A DNA stretch of 64,000 bases from Takakia lepidozioides (taxonomy: Eukaryota; Plantae; Bryophyta), in assembly GCA_030704615.1 (NCBI GenBank), contig CM060732.1, positions 74,214,001-74,278,000 on the forward strand, written 5' to 3'. The notes beneath the pieces are model-generated. The model saw nothing but the letters and a program-made list of their open reading frames with translations, was not told where the DNA came from and searched no databases. Positions 12,111 through 23,660 of the stretch are shown in pieces. Made by a program: the position numbers and the translations under genes. Positions within the stretch are counted from its first letter, which is position 1. Every line of letters starts with the position of its first letter.

Positions 12111-15042
12111 ATGTAGAGTGTGGAGTGCACTTCCTTGACGGTCTCTTTGCCTACCGAGACGGTACAGGCAGTGAGTGAGGGCGAGCCGGTGAGGACCACG
12201 GGGTGCAGACATCCATGGCACACGTGGGAGGTGCTCGAGGTTCAGAGGGAGTTGGCAGCAAAGGCGGCTGTGATGGATGAGGTTGGGGATTCTTCTCGGG
12301 TTGAGGAGGTCCTCAAGGATGAGATGATGGGTAGGATGAGGCCTTGTCATTGATTGAGCAGTCAGGGAGTACTGCTCAAGAGGTTGCAGCATAGCAACCA
12401 CAGGACGCGTCCTCTACCTCTAAGTCTGTTGGACTTAAGGTTGTAGTTACGGAGGACAATTGAGAGCCTGACATTGGACCCATTGTCACTGGAGGAGAGA
12501 GACGACGTATACGGCGATTCCGGAGGGCTTACAAGAATTGCTTTGCCTTCAGTTTGAAGGATTTGGGAGTACTGAAGGGTCAGGAGATTCGTATTGAGTT
12601 GGCCACAGCCACGCCAATCTTTCGGAGACCCTATAGATACAGTGACATGGAGAGGTCTTTGATTCAGATGAGGACTCAAGATCTCTGGGAGGCTAGTTTG
12701 GTGGAGCTCTCTGGTGGAGAGTATGCTTCAGCCACGGTGATGCCAGCCAAGAAGGATATCTATGGCAATTGGACAGAGAGACGTATGTGCGGTGATTACC
12801 GACCTGTAAATCGTCAGACCAAGTCCGATAAGTATGCCATGAGCGCTTGAGAGCGCACGGATTGAAATTACATCCGGGGAAGTGCAAGTGCTTCCACAAC
12901 CAGATTGAGTATCTGGGCCATATGATATATTCTGGAGGATTGGGGGTGCATCAGACTAAGGTAGAGGCCATTGCACAGATTCCACGCCCCACGGATGTGA
13001 GCCGAGTTCGAGCTTTCATGGGGTTGACAAACTACTATAGACGGTTTGTCAAGGGATTTAGTGCTATTGCAAAGGCTCTAACCAAGATGACCAATGTAGA
13101 CCAGGAGTGGCAGTAGGAAGATGAGCAAGAGCGAGCTTTTCAGGAGCTCAAGGCGAGGTTCGGCGCCCATCTTGAGATAATCTATCAGGGGGCGTCCATT
13201 TCAGCTGCATACAGATTGGAGCATGCTGGGGCTTGGAGCGGTGCTCACACAAATGGATGATGACGGAAGAGAGCTAGCCGCTCGAATAACGCTGCAGAGT
13301 TTAAGTATAGCTCATACGAGGGGGAGTGCTTAGATGCAGTATGGGTCGTGGCACACTTCAGGTGCTATCTATACGACAATCTCTTCACTCTTGTCACGGA
13401 TCACCAGCCACTCAAGTGGTTGATGGAGTCAGACAAGCTTACGAGGAAGCTTACACGGTGGGCACTTATACTCCAAGAGTATGATTTTCAGGTTGTGCAT
13501 CGACCGGGTTTCGTCAATAGGGATGCAGATGGATTGACTTGCAATCCATGCACGAGCCAGCAGGATGACACTGGAGCTTGGTGGCATGGTGAGACGGATG
13601 AGGAGATGATGCCGGGATGGCATGCATCTGCCTTTTTGTGTATCTTGGCATTGGGAGGTCAGGTTGGACCTACAACATGGATGATTGTAGACGGAGTGTC
13701 TGAGGACCCTGAGGCTAGTGATGAGCCAGGTGGTGCCAGAAATATACATGAGGCCCTCGGTTCTGTTGGACTACCTCCGCATTGGAGACACGACAGCTAG
13801 TGTGACTGCCAAGGAGAGGGATCGAATCCTACAACGAGCCAAGAGGTTCAAGTGGGAGGGGATACACCTGCTTCGAGTGTGGGAGGATGGTCGGGTGAGG
13901 ATCGTGCCTCACCCAACACAGTGTGCACGGTTAGTGCGGCATGTCTATGAGGAGTTGAGGCATTTTGGAGTGCGACGCACTCATAGTTTACTGCAGGGGC
14001 AATATTGGTGGCGTGGTATGCACATAAAGGTACAACAGTTTGTGGCTAGGTGCATGGTGTGTGACAGGGTGTGTGCTTCATTCAACGCCCCTACACCACA
14101 GTGGCATCCATTACCCATCATGGGATTGGGCTACAGGTGGAGTCTTGACTTCGCAAGGCCGTTGCCACTGATGAAGCGCCACCACAAATATGTGTTGGTG
14201 ATGGTGGAACACTTCTCCAAGTGGATTGAGTTGGTTCCATTGCCTGACAAGGCTAGTGAGGGGGCTGTGTATGCATTCATGGATTGTGTGCTTAGCCGAT
14301 TCGGTGCTCCAGCTGAGGTACTCACGGACCAAGGGAGAGAGTTCTTGGGGGAGTTTCAGGCTTTGTGTGATAAAGCCTTGATAGACCACCGTACCACTTC
14401 TCGGGATCATCATGAGGACGATGGCTTGGCAGAGAGAGTGGTTCAGACAGTGAAGAGGGGTTTGCGCAAGTATGGCTTGCAAAAGGGACACATAGGAGAT
14501 TGGGATCTTCAGGTACCTTGGTTAGCCATGGGCTACAGGTTTAGCATGCAAACATCACTTGCCTCCTTCTCACCATATTTCCTTCTCTTTGGCCGAGAGC
14601 CAGATTTGCCTGCGTCTATTTGCAGGGAGGCTGCAGTAGTCCTCAACCTTGATGATCTGGATGTGTGGACACAAGCATGTGCCCAGCGGGCAGAGTTGTT
14701 CAAGAGAGTCATGCCTATGGCTTTTGAGAACCTTGCTATTGCCCAACACCGAGACACATTGAAATATGTCACTATACGTGGAGGTGATATCGGCCAGGTG
14801 CTCGGCGTTTCCACCCGAGGGACTATATGTATCTGCAGCAGATAACGCCTACGACCTTGGATGTCATAGCAGGACGTGTCATTCTAAGGGTCAGGGAGGT
14901 GTTGCCTTCAGGAGTGTTGATTCTAGAGGGTCGAGATGGCATGGTATGGAAAGACCATGTGCGTAATTGTGCGCCATGTCACCTTCCACATGTGGATGAG
15001 AGGATAGATCCCAACCTTGCAGTGGTACCTGCAGGATTGCGT

Positions 15043-15177
15043 TGCATGCTATGTGGGCATGCTCATGGTGCCGCCACTATGCTGGTGTGTGATCGATGCT
15101 CAAGAGGTTGACACATGGGATGCTTGACACCACCTCTTGATAGGGTTCCTGATGGAGATTGGTTATGTCCACACTGC
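15043..15177 (+). pseudogene. PHD finger C-terminal to the Gypsy integrase
   Basis: CMLC...MLVCDRCSRG*HMGCLTPPLDRVPDGDWLCPHC is a C4HC3 PHD pattern, with one stop at 15109 where Trp is usual. Confidence 0.85.
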
Positions 15178-15446
15178 TTGGGATAGTGGCAGTGGATATG
15201 ACTAGTGACAGCTAACAAGACATGGGAGGCCAAGCTCATAGGAGTCAATACCCGAGATCTCAGGCTCAAGTTTACAGGTTGCAAGACGGCGACTAACGAT
15301 GGGACAACTCTTGTACGCGGCCTCTTGATCTATCGAGTTTGAGTGTAGTAGGGACAGTGGTGGAGGACTTAGTGAGGCTATGGCTACTATCACATCTTGT
15401 GGCTACCTGGACTTAGAAGGACCTAAGCGCCAGCTAGGGGGGCGAT

Positions 15447-15609
15447 TGTGATGGACTAGTGATAGCCTAGTGGTGGACTAGTGGCTGTACTAGTGGTGGC
15501 TAGTGGTTGCCTAGTGGTGCACTAGTGATAGACTAGTGTTTGGTGTGCACATGTGTTGTGTGGTTTTGGACAACGATAGAGTTGTGTAGCGATATATATG
15601 CGTACGACA
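15447..15609 (+). repeat. Short LTR (TG...CA) rich in CTAGTGG repeats
   Basis: Follows the PPT. The 3' part GTGCACATGTGTTGTG...GCGATAT...GACA recurs at 47263-47337 and 47755-47833. Confidence 0.65.
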
Positions 15610-15610
15610 C

Positions 15611-15724
15611 GATGAACAATGTGCAATATTTGATGACGTTATGTACACAAAACGAACAAATCCTGAAAAACCTTTACATTTGTTTTTAACAGGAGGAGTT
15701 GGTGCATAGAAAACTTTCACTTTA
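15611..15724 (+). pseudogene. Fragment of a PIF1-like (Helitron-type) helicase, Walker A region
   Basis: Translates as DEQCAIFDDVMYTKRTNPEKPLHLFLTGGVGA*KTFTL, matching the PIF1 pattern LFLTGxAGxGKT. Confidence 0.55.
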
Positions 15725-16089
15725 TCAATATATGAAGCAAGCTAGTTTGTTTGTTTTGTTTGTTTTGTCACGTTGAGATGTCCGAACCGGGGGGCCCCAG
15801 CCCTGGTGCTTGGTACCGTTGGAAACCCCTCGATAAGGAGGGGTGCACTGGCTTGGTCTCATGATTTTTGGACCTGCGATGTGGGAGATATGAAATTTCA
15901 AGTATTTTTGGTCACTGGAAATTCATGAAAATAGCAAAGTGGGCTTTCCTTAGGAGCCTTGACGGGAAATATATCAATAAAGAATGGAAATATTACTACT
16001 CAATAAATTCATGAAAAAAATAAATGGTTCACGCGCACACACACACTTGAGGTTGCCAGATTGGTCGCAAGTTTGTCAAGCCGCACTAA
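15725..16089 (+). mobile_element. Candidate non-autonomous Helitron
   Basis: A|TCAATATAT...CACTAA|T fits the 5'-TC / 3'-CTRR termini inserted in an AT dinucleotide. The subterminal hairpin is not clear. Confidence 0.4.
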
Positions 16090-17419
16090 TTTCCACAATC
16101 CCCGTAAGGCTTGGTTTATTAGGAAATTCGAAACTATGAAGTTCTATAGCAATTTCCCCATCAGTATTGGCGAATTGTAGGATCCCCAACTTAGTCCAAC
16201 TGAGTTGCTCTCCTCTCAACAAATGCTCATTGCCCTCAAACAACGACAACTTTCTAGTTACTGGTTATAATACAAGCCCTTGTTCATTGGTACACTAAAC
16301 AAGATAAAAACAATGACCTTTTGAAACAGAAAATCCTTAAAATGGCATACACCGAAAAGCCGCGTGAGTGAGCACAACACACCAATCAGAGCCTTGAAAC
16401 GGTGTGACTACATTTTCTCCATTGGCTTGAATTTAACTTTTTTTTTTTTTTTAAGAGAACAGGGGACAGTGGCCCTGGAAAAACTTTATTAAAGGATTTG
16501 TAAAAGACATATGGAGGAAAAAATAACCTCCGCAGGGCCGTGAAGAACATGTTGCAAAGGCGCTCTCTCCAAGAGAGCCAATAAAGCTTTAAATGGACTA
16601 TTATCTTAAAGTGATGATCGTCAAAAACAGTCTCAGCGGCGCCACCTCAGCTGGTCTCTAACTAGGTATGATGTAGTATTGAAATCTGTCTAAGTCATGA
16701 GACGGCAATAGGTCGTCGCCTCCCATCGTAACATCAAGCTTGTAGCGACACCACATGGTAGAAAGTTCGCCATGGTTAGCGCTTGCTTGCAGCCGCCAAA
16801 TGGGCCCCACACGCAATTGCCACTATTCACTCTTCCTAGGCATGCAAGAGCCATGTGGGCCGCATGGAATAGCCACCTTCCTTGGGCTTTGGCTCAGTTT
16901 ATATTTTGAACAAGTTTGGGGTACATATTGGAACGTGAGAAAAGGCCGAGGGTAACAGACTCTGGCTACTCAGCGCCTTCCTCCCTGGTCGTTTTCAGAG
17001 ACCACTCTACAATCTCCGGACTGCAAACATAAGCTGGGTTTAGCATCTGTGTAAGTCTGGACATGTTAGTTGTTCCTCATCGTGTAGAGCCCAATGGAGC
17101 CCAAAACAACTTGCATGAATGTTGTTGAAAGCTCACTAGCCCCCCTCCGTAAAGGACCTTGTCAAAATGTTGATGCTGTCGGATTTTCCAGTACAAACCT
17201 CTACCTTGGAGCACGGAGCAGAGCTGGCATGAGTTTTGTAAAGATCCTTCACGATGGTGGGACAACCGCAATCGCAAGGTGTGGCTTTTTCTTAATGTAC
17301 TAAGTGAAGAAGTTTGTCCATCCTGCAAATGTGGGCTGTTGGCTCCTGTTAGTACCATGATTTGGTATTCTTCCTGATGTTTACAATGTTCTTGGGAGAG
17401 TCAGCTTGGTCTTAGCAGG

Positions 17420-19265
17420 CCGTGTTTCAATCTCTGCCCGCTCAGCTGCACCGTGGTGGTTCTCACAGACCAATCCGACATTACCTGACTACAGACACAA
17501 GCAGCACACACAAGAGGTCCTTTTGGGTTGATGGTCGGTCAAATCCTCCGAGTGTCTCGACACAAGGTCAAGGACAATGTGGTGAGGGCACCTTCTTCTT
17601 CAACCTATTTCAGCCTGTTTTACCCTCTCATCACACTCGATACATATTGAATTCTGTAAGTTAGCTCGTTGGGTGGATCTGTGGTGGTTTGGAGTGACTT
17701 TGACAAGTTACTGCCGATGTGGCAGCAGGAAAGTATCCAAAAACAGATAACAGAGATGAGGAGAAGCTTTGGAATGAACACTTTCCCAACCCCAGTCAAT
17801 GGTGGGACAATGGAGACAAAAAGGTGAATGCTTGTTGGACTACAGAGAGAAGCAGATGCAATTCAGAATTGGAACTACTGTAATAAGTAGGGTTGGGGTG
17901 TTTGCTGGAAGAACTTCATGCCGTCAGTGGCTGCTGCTAGCAGCAAGGCTGAGGATGTATTCATGATTTGTACACAGGCAGGGATAGCTGAAGGACCAGG
18001 GTTAGAGGTCCAGATTCATCCAAGAGGGCCGGATTTCAAACACAAGATTACTTCTGATTCCCTGTGGATGAATAGCTACAAGAAATCTGCTTGGGTAGAT
18101 GGTCAACTGGAAACAGCAGCGGCAGCAGCACAATTGATAGAACAAGGCACTGCTAATGAAGGCACCTTCTTCAACACATTTCAGCTTGTTTTTCCCTGTT
18201 ATCAGAGTTGTCCCTAAATTTTCATGTTGCATTCTGTAAGTTACCTCGTTGGTGGATCTATGGTGGTTTTGGAGTGATTTTGACATGATACTGCCACTGT
18301 GGCAACAGGAAAGTATAGAAGAACAGATAACAGAGATGAGGAGAAGCCCTGGATTGAACACGTTTCCTACTGCAGTCAAGGGTGGAACAATCGAGGCAAA
18401 AAGGTGAGTACCTGTTGGATGCAGATGCTAGTCAGCATAGGAACTAGTGTGATAAGTATGGTTGGGGTGTTTGCTGGAAGAAATCTAGGCTGTCAGAAGC
18501 ATGGATAGCTGAAGGAGCAGGGATAGAGTGTGGGTCCAGATTCATCCAAGAGGGCCGGATTTCAAGCTCCAGATTACCTATGATTCCCTGTGGAAGGATA
18601 GCTACAAGAAACCTACATGGGTAGATGGTCAAGTAGAAGCGGCAGCAGCAGCGGCACAATTGATAAAATCAGGCACTGCTAATGAAGGCACCTTCTTCAA
18701 CACATTTCACCCTGTTTTTCCCTCTTATCAGAATTGGCCCTAAATTTCCCATGTTGAATTCTGCAAGTTAGCTGGTTGAGTGAACCTTTGATAGTTTGGA
18801 GTGACTTTGAGATGATACTGCCAATGTGACAACAGGAAAGTATCCAGAAACAGGTACCAGAGACGAGGAGAAGCTGTTGAATGAATACCTTTCTTACCCC
18901 AGTCAATGGTGGGACAATCGAGGCAAAAAGGTGAATGCCTGTTGGATTACAGAGAGTAGCAGATGCAACTGAGCATAGGAACTAGTGTGATTAGCTGAGT
19001 TGGGTGTTTCCTAGAACAAATCTAGGCTGTCACTGTCAGCTGCTAGCAGCAAGGCAAGGATGAATGCATTATTTGTGCAGAGGCATGGATAGCTGAAGGA
19101 GCAGGGATAGAGTGTGGGTCCAGATTCATCCAAGAGGGCCAGATTTCAAGCACAAGATTACCTATGATTCCCTGTGGATCAATAGCTACAAGAAACCTGC
19201 ATGGGTAGATGATCAACTAAAGGCAGCAGCTGCAGCGGCACAGGTCATAAAATCAGGCACCTCAA
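17420..19265 (+). repeat. Tandem units of about 520-590 bp upstream of the PPR gene (4 units)
   Basis: The unit GCTGAAGGA...GTCCAGATTCATCCAAGAGGG...GGGTAGATG recurs at about 17986, 18508 and 19092, with a diverged copy near 17420. The last unit runs into the PPR ORF. Confidence 0.85.
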
Positions 19266-22048
19266 CCATAACCACAGCTTCTGGAAGAGGATCAAGAGAG
19301 GGAGTCCACAATGGCTCTTCTGGCACTTCTGGGCATGTGAAGATGCTTTGTGAGGGAGGCAGACTGAAAGAGGCTCTACAGACTTTAAACCAAGGAGGCA
19401 TTTCAGCAGATTCAGATACGTATACCTGTCTCTTGCGTAAGTGCATCAAGATGAAAGGCCTGGAAGCTGGAAAGCAGGTGCACACTCACATTATCCAAAC
19501 TGGATTCACGCCAAATGTTTTTCTACTCAACACCCTTGTCAACATGTATGTTAAGTGCGGGAGCATCATGGATGCTCACCAAGTGTTCAACAGAATGCCT
19601 CAACGATCTTTGATCACGTGGAATATAATGTTGGCAGGATTTACCAAGCATGGGTGTGGTAGGAATGCTTTGGAGACCTATGAGCAAATGCTGCACGAAG
19701 GGGTGAAGCCCAACCACATCACGTTTGTTTGTGTTTGCAATGCGTGTGCAAGCCTGGGAGCTCTGGAAAAGGGGAAAGAGGTCCATGGTGAGATCATCAA
19801 AGCTGGAATTGTACCAGATGTCATTCTGAACACTGCCCTGGTGGACATGTATGCAAAATGTGGGTGCATCGAGGATGCGAAGGGAGTATTTGACAGTATG
19901 GCTGAACGAGATGTGGTGTCGTGGAGTGCGATGATTGCAGGATATGCACAGCAGGGGCGTGGGATGGAGGCTTTGGAGACCTATGAGCAAATGATGTGGG
20001 AAGGGTTGAAGCCCAACAACATAACGTTTGGTTGCATTTGCAATGCGTGTGCAAGCTTGGCAGCCCTGGAAAAGGGCAAAGAGGTCCATGGTGACATCGT
20101 CAAATCTGGAATTGTACCCGATGTCATTCTGAACACTGCCCTGGTGGACATGTATGCCAAATGTGGGTGCATCGAGGATGCAAAGGGAGTGTTCGACAGT
20201 ATGGCTGAACGAGATGTGGTGTCGTGGAGTGCAATGATTGCAGGATATGCACAGCAAGGGCGCGGGATGGAGGCTTTGGAGACCTATGAGCAAATGATGT
20301 GCGAGGGGGTGAAGCCCAACCACATCACGTTTGCTTGCCTTTGCAATGCGTGTGCAAGCCTGGCAGCCCTGGAAAAGAGCAAAGAGGTCCATGGCAACAT
20401 CATCAAATCTGGAATTGTACCCGATGTCATGCTGAACACTGCCTTGGTGGACATGTATGCCAAATGTGGGTGCATTAAGGATGCAACGAGAGTTTTCGAC
20501 AGTATGGCTGAACGAGATGTGGTGTCGTGGAGTGCGATGATTGCAGGATATGCACAGCATGGGTGCGGGATGGAGGCTTTGGAGACCTACGAGCAAATGA
20601 TGTGCGAAGGGGTGAAGCCTAACCACATCACGTTTGTGTGCGTTTGCAATGCTTGTGCAAGCCTGGCAGCCCTGGAAAAGGGCAAAGAGGTGCATGGTTG
20701 CATCATTAAAGCTGGAATTGTACCAGATGTGATTCTGAACAATACCCTCGTGGACATGTATGCCAAATGTGGGAGCATTGAGGATGCGGAGGGAGTATTT
20801 GACAATATGGCTGAACGAGATGTGGTGTCGTGGAATGCGATGATTGCTGGATATGCACAGCAAGGCCGCGGGATGGAGGCTTTGGATACCTATGAGCAAA
20901 TGATGTGCGAAGGGGTGAAGCCCAACCACATCACGTTTGTGTGCGTTTGCAATGCTTGTGCAAGCCTGGCAGCCCTGGAAAAGGGCAAAGAGGTGCATGG
21001 TTGCATCGCTAAAGCTGGAATTGTACCAGATGTGATTCTGAACAATACCCTCGTGGACATGTATGCCAAATGTGGGAGCATTGAGGATGCAGAGGGAGTA
21101 TTTGACAATATGGCTGAACGAGATGTGGTGTCATGGAACGCCATGATCGCAGGATATGCCCAGCATGGTTGTCATAGGGAGGTCCAGCAACTATTTGAAG
21201 GAATGCAAATGAATGGCATGAAGCCGGACAGTATCACCTTTATATGTGTTCTCTCTGCATGCAGCCACACTGGCTTACTGAATGAAGGAAGATGGTACTT
21301 TGATTCCCTGAGTCAAGATCATGGTGTCACTCCGACAGTAAAGCACTTCGGCTGCATGGTGGACCTTCTTGGACGTGCGGGACAACTGGATGAGGCAGTG
21401 GACCTGATTAATAAAATGCCAATCAATCCAGGTGTTGTGGTGTGGAAGGCCTTGCTTGGTGCCTGCAGAATCCATGGCAATGTGGAGATGGCTGAACGTG
21501 CGGCAACATCTATCCTCAAGTGGGATGAACAGGATGCCGCGACTTATGTGTTGCTATCAAACATCTATGCTGCAGCTGGCAGGTGGGATGATACTGCAAA
21601 GGTGAGAAGAATGATGAAGGTCAGAGGGGTTAGAAAGGAGCCAGGTCGCTGCTGCATTGAGGTTGGCAACAGGGTGCACACCTTCGTTGTAGATGACAGA
21701 TTGCATCCCAGAATTAAGGAAATCCATGCTGAGCTAAGAAGACTGTCTGGGCAGATGAAGGAGGCGGGGTATGTGCCTGACACGCGCTTTGTATTGCATG
21801 ATGTGGGGGAGGAGGAAAAGGAATCTTCTCTTTGCCACCACAGTGAGAAGCTTGCCATTGGTTTTGGGCTGATCAGCACGAGCCCTAGGACGCCTCTCCG
21901 TCTCATCAAGAATCTTCGAGTGTGTGGTGACTGCCACACCTCCACCAAATTCATCTCAAAGATTGTTGGCCGAGCAATTGTTGTACGGGACGCTAACCGC
22001 TTTCACGACTTTGAAGATGGGATTTGTTCTTGTGGGGATTACTGGTGA
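19112..22048 (+). CDS. PLS-class PPR protein with E/E+/DYW domain (organellar C-to-U RNA editing factor), 978 aa ORF
   Basis: Repeated 101-aa P-L-S triplets, PG box (PGRCCIEV), HSEKLA, CGDCH and terminal DYW. The true start is uncertain: the ORF begins at GTG after an in-frame stop, so upstream exons are likely. Confidence 0.95.
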   Translation: MWVQIHPRGPDFKHKITYDSLWINSYKKPAWVDDQLKAAAAAAQVIKSGTSTITTASGRGSREGVHNGSSGTSGHVKMLCEGGRLKEALQTLNQGGISADSDTYTCLLRKCIKMKGLEAGKQVHTHIIQTGFTPNVFLLNTLVNMYVKCGSIMDAHQVFNRMPQRSLITWNIMLAGFTKHGCGRNALETYEQMLHEGVKPNHITFVCVCNACASLGALEKGKEVHGEIIKAGIVPDVILNTALVDMYAKCGCIEDAKGVFDSMAERDVVSWSAMIAGYAQQGRGMEALETYEQMMWEGLKPNNITFGCICNACASLAALEKGKEVHGDIVKSGIVPDVILNTALVDMYAKCGCIEDAKGVFDSMAERDVVSWSAMIAGYAQQGRGMEALETYEQMMCEGVKPNHITFACLCNACASLAALEKSKEVHGNIIKSGIVPDVMLNTALVDMYAKCGCIKDATRVFDSMAERDVVSWSAMIAGYAQHGCGMEALETYEQMMCEGVKPNHITFVCVCNACASLAALEKGKEVHGCIIKAGIVPDVILNNTLVDMYAKCGSIEDAEGVFDNMAERDVVSWNAMIAGYAQQGRGMEALDTYEQMMCEGVKPNHITFVCVCNACASLAALEKGKEVHGCIAKAGIVPDVILNNTLVDMYAKCGSIEDAEGVFDNMAERDVVSWNAMIAGYAQHGCHREVQQLFEGMQMNGMKPDSITFICVLSACSHTGLLNEGRWYFDSLSQDHGVTPTVKHFGCMVDLLGRAGQLDEAVDLINKMPINPGVVVWKALLGACRIHGNVEMAERAATSILKWDEQDAATYVLLSNIYAAAGRWDDTAKVRRMMKVRGVRKEPGRCCIEVGNRVHTFVVDDRLHPRIKEIHAELRRLSGQMKEAGYVPDTRFVLHDVGEEEKESSLCHHSEKLAIGFGLISTSPRTPLRLIKNLRVCGDCHTSTKFISKIVGRAIVVRDANRFHDFEDGICSCGDYW

Positions 22049-22904
22049 AAGGATGTTTTCTTGGAAAGATGCGAGTGTCTTGCTTCAGTCATTGATCTGT
22101 GTAGCTACTCAGATCATCCACCATTTCCTGAGAGTATTGACCATGATGTACTGTTGAGTGCATTTCTGTACTGTTGAGTCATAGAGGATTGGTCATAGAC
22201 GCCTGTTCGGTCATAGGCCAACTTACCCTAGTGTTTTGGATGGAAGGCTAGTGATGAATTGAGAATCCCCAGAGTTCTCGACGTTGATGTTATAAGGTAA
22301 AAGTTCTACTCTTCCCACCACGAGAACTAAACAGGGCCACTCACCCCGTCAGTCGAATGCGACCGCATCATGCCACTGCAGCGGAAGAGAAAACGACATG
22401 GGTCGCCACACCCGACTTTCACTTAACACATGCTTCATCCCCTAGGTGACTCCCTGTTCATTTGTGCATGATTGTGCAAGATACCATCCCGTGTAGGCCA
22501 GGCATCCAAGCACCTGCACTTTGCCATCCCTCACTGAGGTCCAACGGTGTTAATCTGACCGACTCTTCCCTAGATTTCACTGCAGGCAGTCCTCACGACT
22601 CTGTATTCTACCAATCTCTGTCGACAGTGACGATTCACAGTTCGCCGATGCCGTTTAGATGCTCGTGCTCATTACACCTTAGTGGTTGATTTCAATCATG
22701 TTCTAAACCAGTCTGTCATGCACTCTCAAGGCCGTCATTTCTGAGCTATTTCTACATGTTCAGTACTCTGAGATCCGTCTGAACCTTGCTCACAACTTAG
22801 AGCGGTCACTCTATGCAATGACTATGCAAAGACAGGTGACACATTAGTGTACAAGTCTAATGTTTCCACTTCTCTCATTGCTTCATAATACATGACGTTC
22901 ATAC

Positions 22905-23381
22905 CAGTGTTGGTCTGGTATGGGTATCAGACCCAAGTATCAACGCTGGTATCAGCCCTGGTATCGGGGACCAGACCAGCCTGGTCTTAAGTTCTAAATA
23001 CCAGGTCATATACCAGACCAGGCTGGTATCCATTTTCTCATACCAGCCACAATAACAGGGGAAAAAAAAGAAAAGAAAAGAAAAGCCCTGTCTTCCTCAT
23101 TTACTTTGGTATGTGTACTATACTGATTTATATGTACTTATTTGTTTATTGTATTTGTTTTCACTTGACATTTGATAAACTTGTAAGTCAAGATGGCTTT
23201 GGAATGATACAAGAATTGATATCTCATATCAGCTGGTATTGTGGCCATGATACTCATACTCATATCAGTATCTAGAAAAAAATACATCCACCAATGATAT
23301 AGACCAGGTATGAAAGTTTTGTGATGGGTCGGTACTAGGACCAGTTTGGTGTGTCTTAAACCTGATACCAGACCAACACTG
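22905..23381. mobile_element. hAT-type MITE (477 bp)
   Basis: TIR CAGTGTTGGTCTGGTAT / ATACCAGACCAACACTG with an 8-bp TSD GTTCATAC / GTTCGTAC. The empty site is visible in the other arm (about 24310-24330). Confidence 0.9.
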
Positions 23382-23463
23382 GTTCGTACAACCCATGATC
23401 AGATTCAGTCGGTGGCTAACTGACCACTCTTACTAATTCTCTCACACAATCCATGGTATTTAC

Positions 23464-23660
23464 CAGTGTTGGGCGGGTATTACTTTTTCTAATACCAGCC
23501 GGGTCCGGGTATTGAAAAGAAATTAATTTGCAATGTTCCATAGTATTGAAAGATTCCCTTGATTTTAATACCCGCCGGTTCTCTGATTTTCGATTTGTGG
23601 ACGGGTATCAATAGGATGGGTATTTCAATCTAATACCAGCCGGTTATTAACCCGGGTAGA
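23464..23660 (+). mobile_element. One end of a related hAT-type element
   Basis: CAGTGTTGGGCGGGTAT starts exactly where arm homology ends, followed by GGGTAT/ATACC subterminal repeats. The second TIR was not found. Confidence 0.55.

Larger units (their letters stand above)
11000..15609 (+). mobile_element. Ty3/Gypsy retrotransposon, internally deleted: gag fragment, C5-methyltransferase fragment, RT, RNaseH, integrase, PHD, PPT, LTR
   Basis: RT N-terminus (RRMCGDYR) is joined directly to LKLHPGKC, so the YxDD core is deleted. RNase H motif LVTDHQPLKWL. Integrase motifs WSLDFA, LTDQGREF, GLAERVVQ. Purine tract AGGGGGGCGA precedes TG at 15447. The 5' boundary is approximate. Confidence 0.9.

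Noticed and set aside
19523-20998. 491-aa antisense ORF
   Set aside because: Shadow frame of the repetitive PPR coding strand.
21620-22048. Possible U-to-C (KP/GRP-type) DYW variant
   Set aside because: Both proteins have a PG box, HSEKLA and terminal DYW, which is the canonical C-to-U type.
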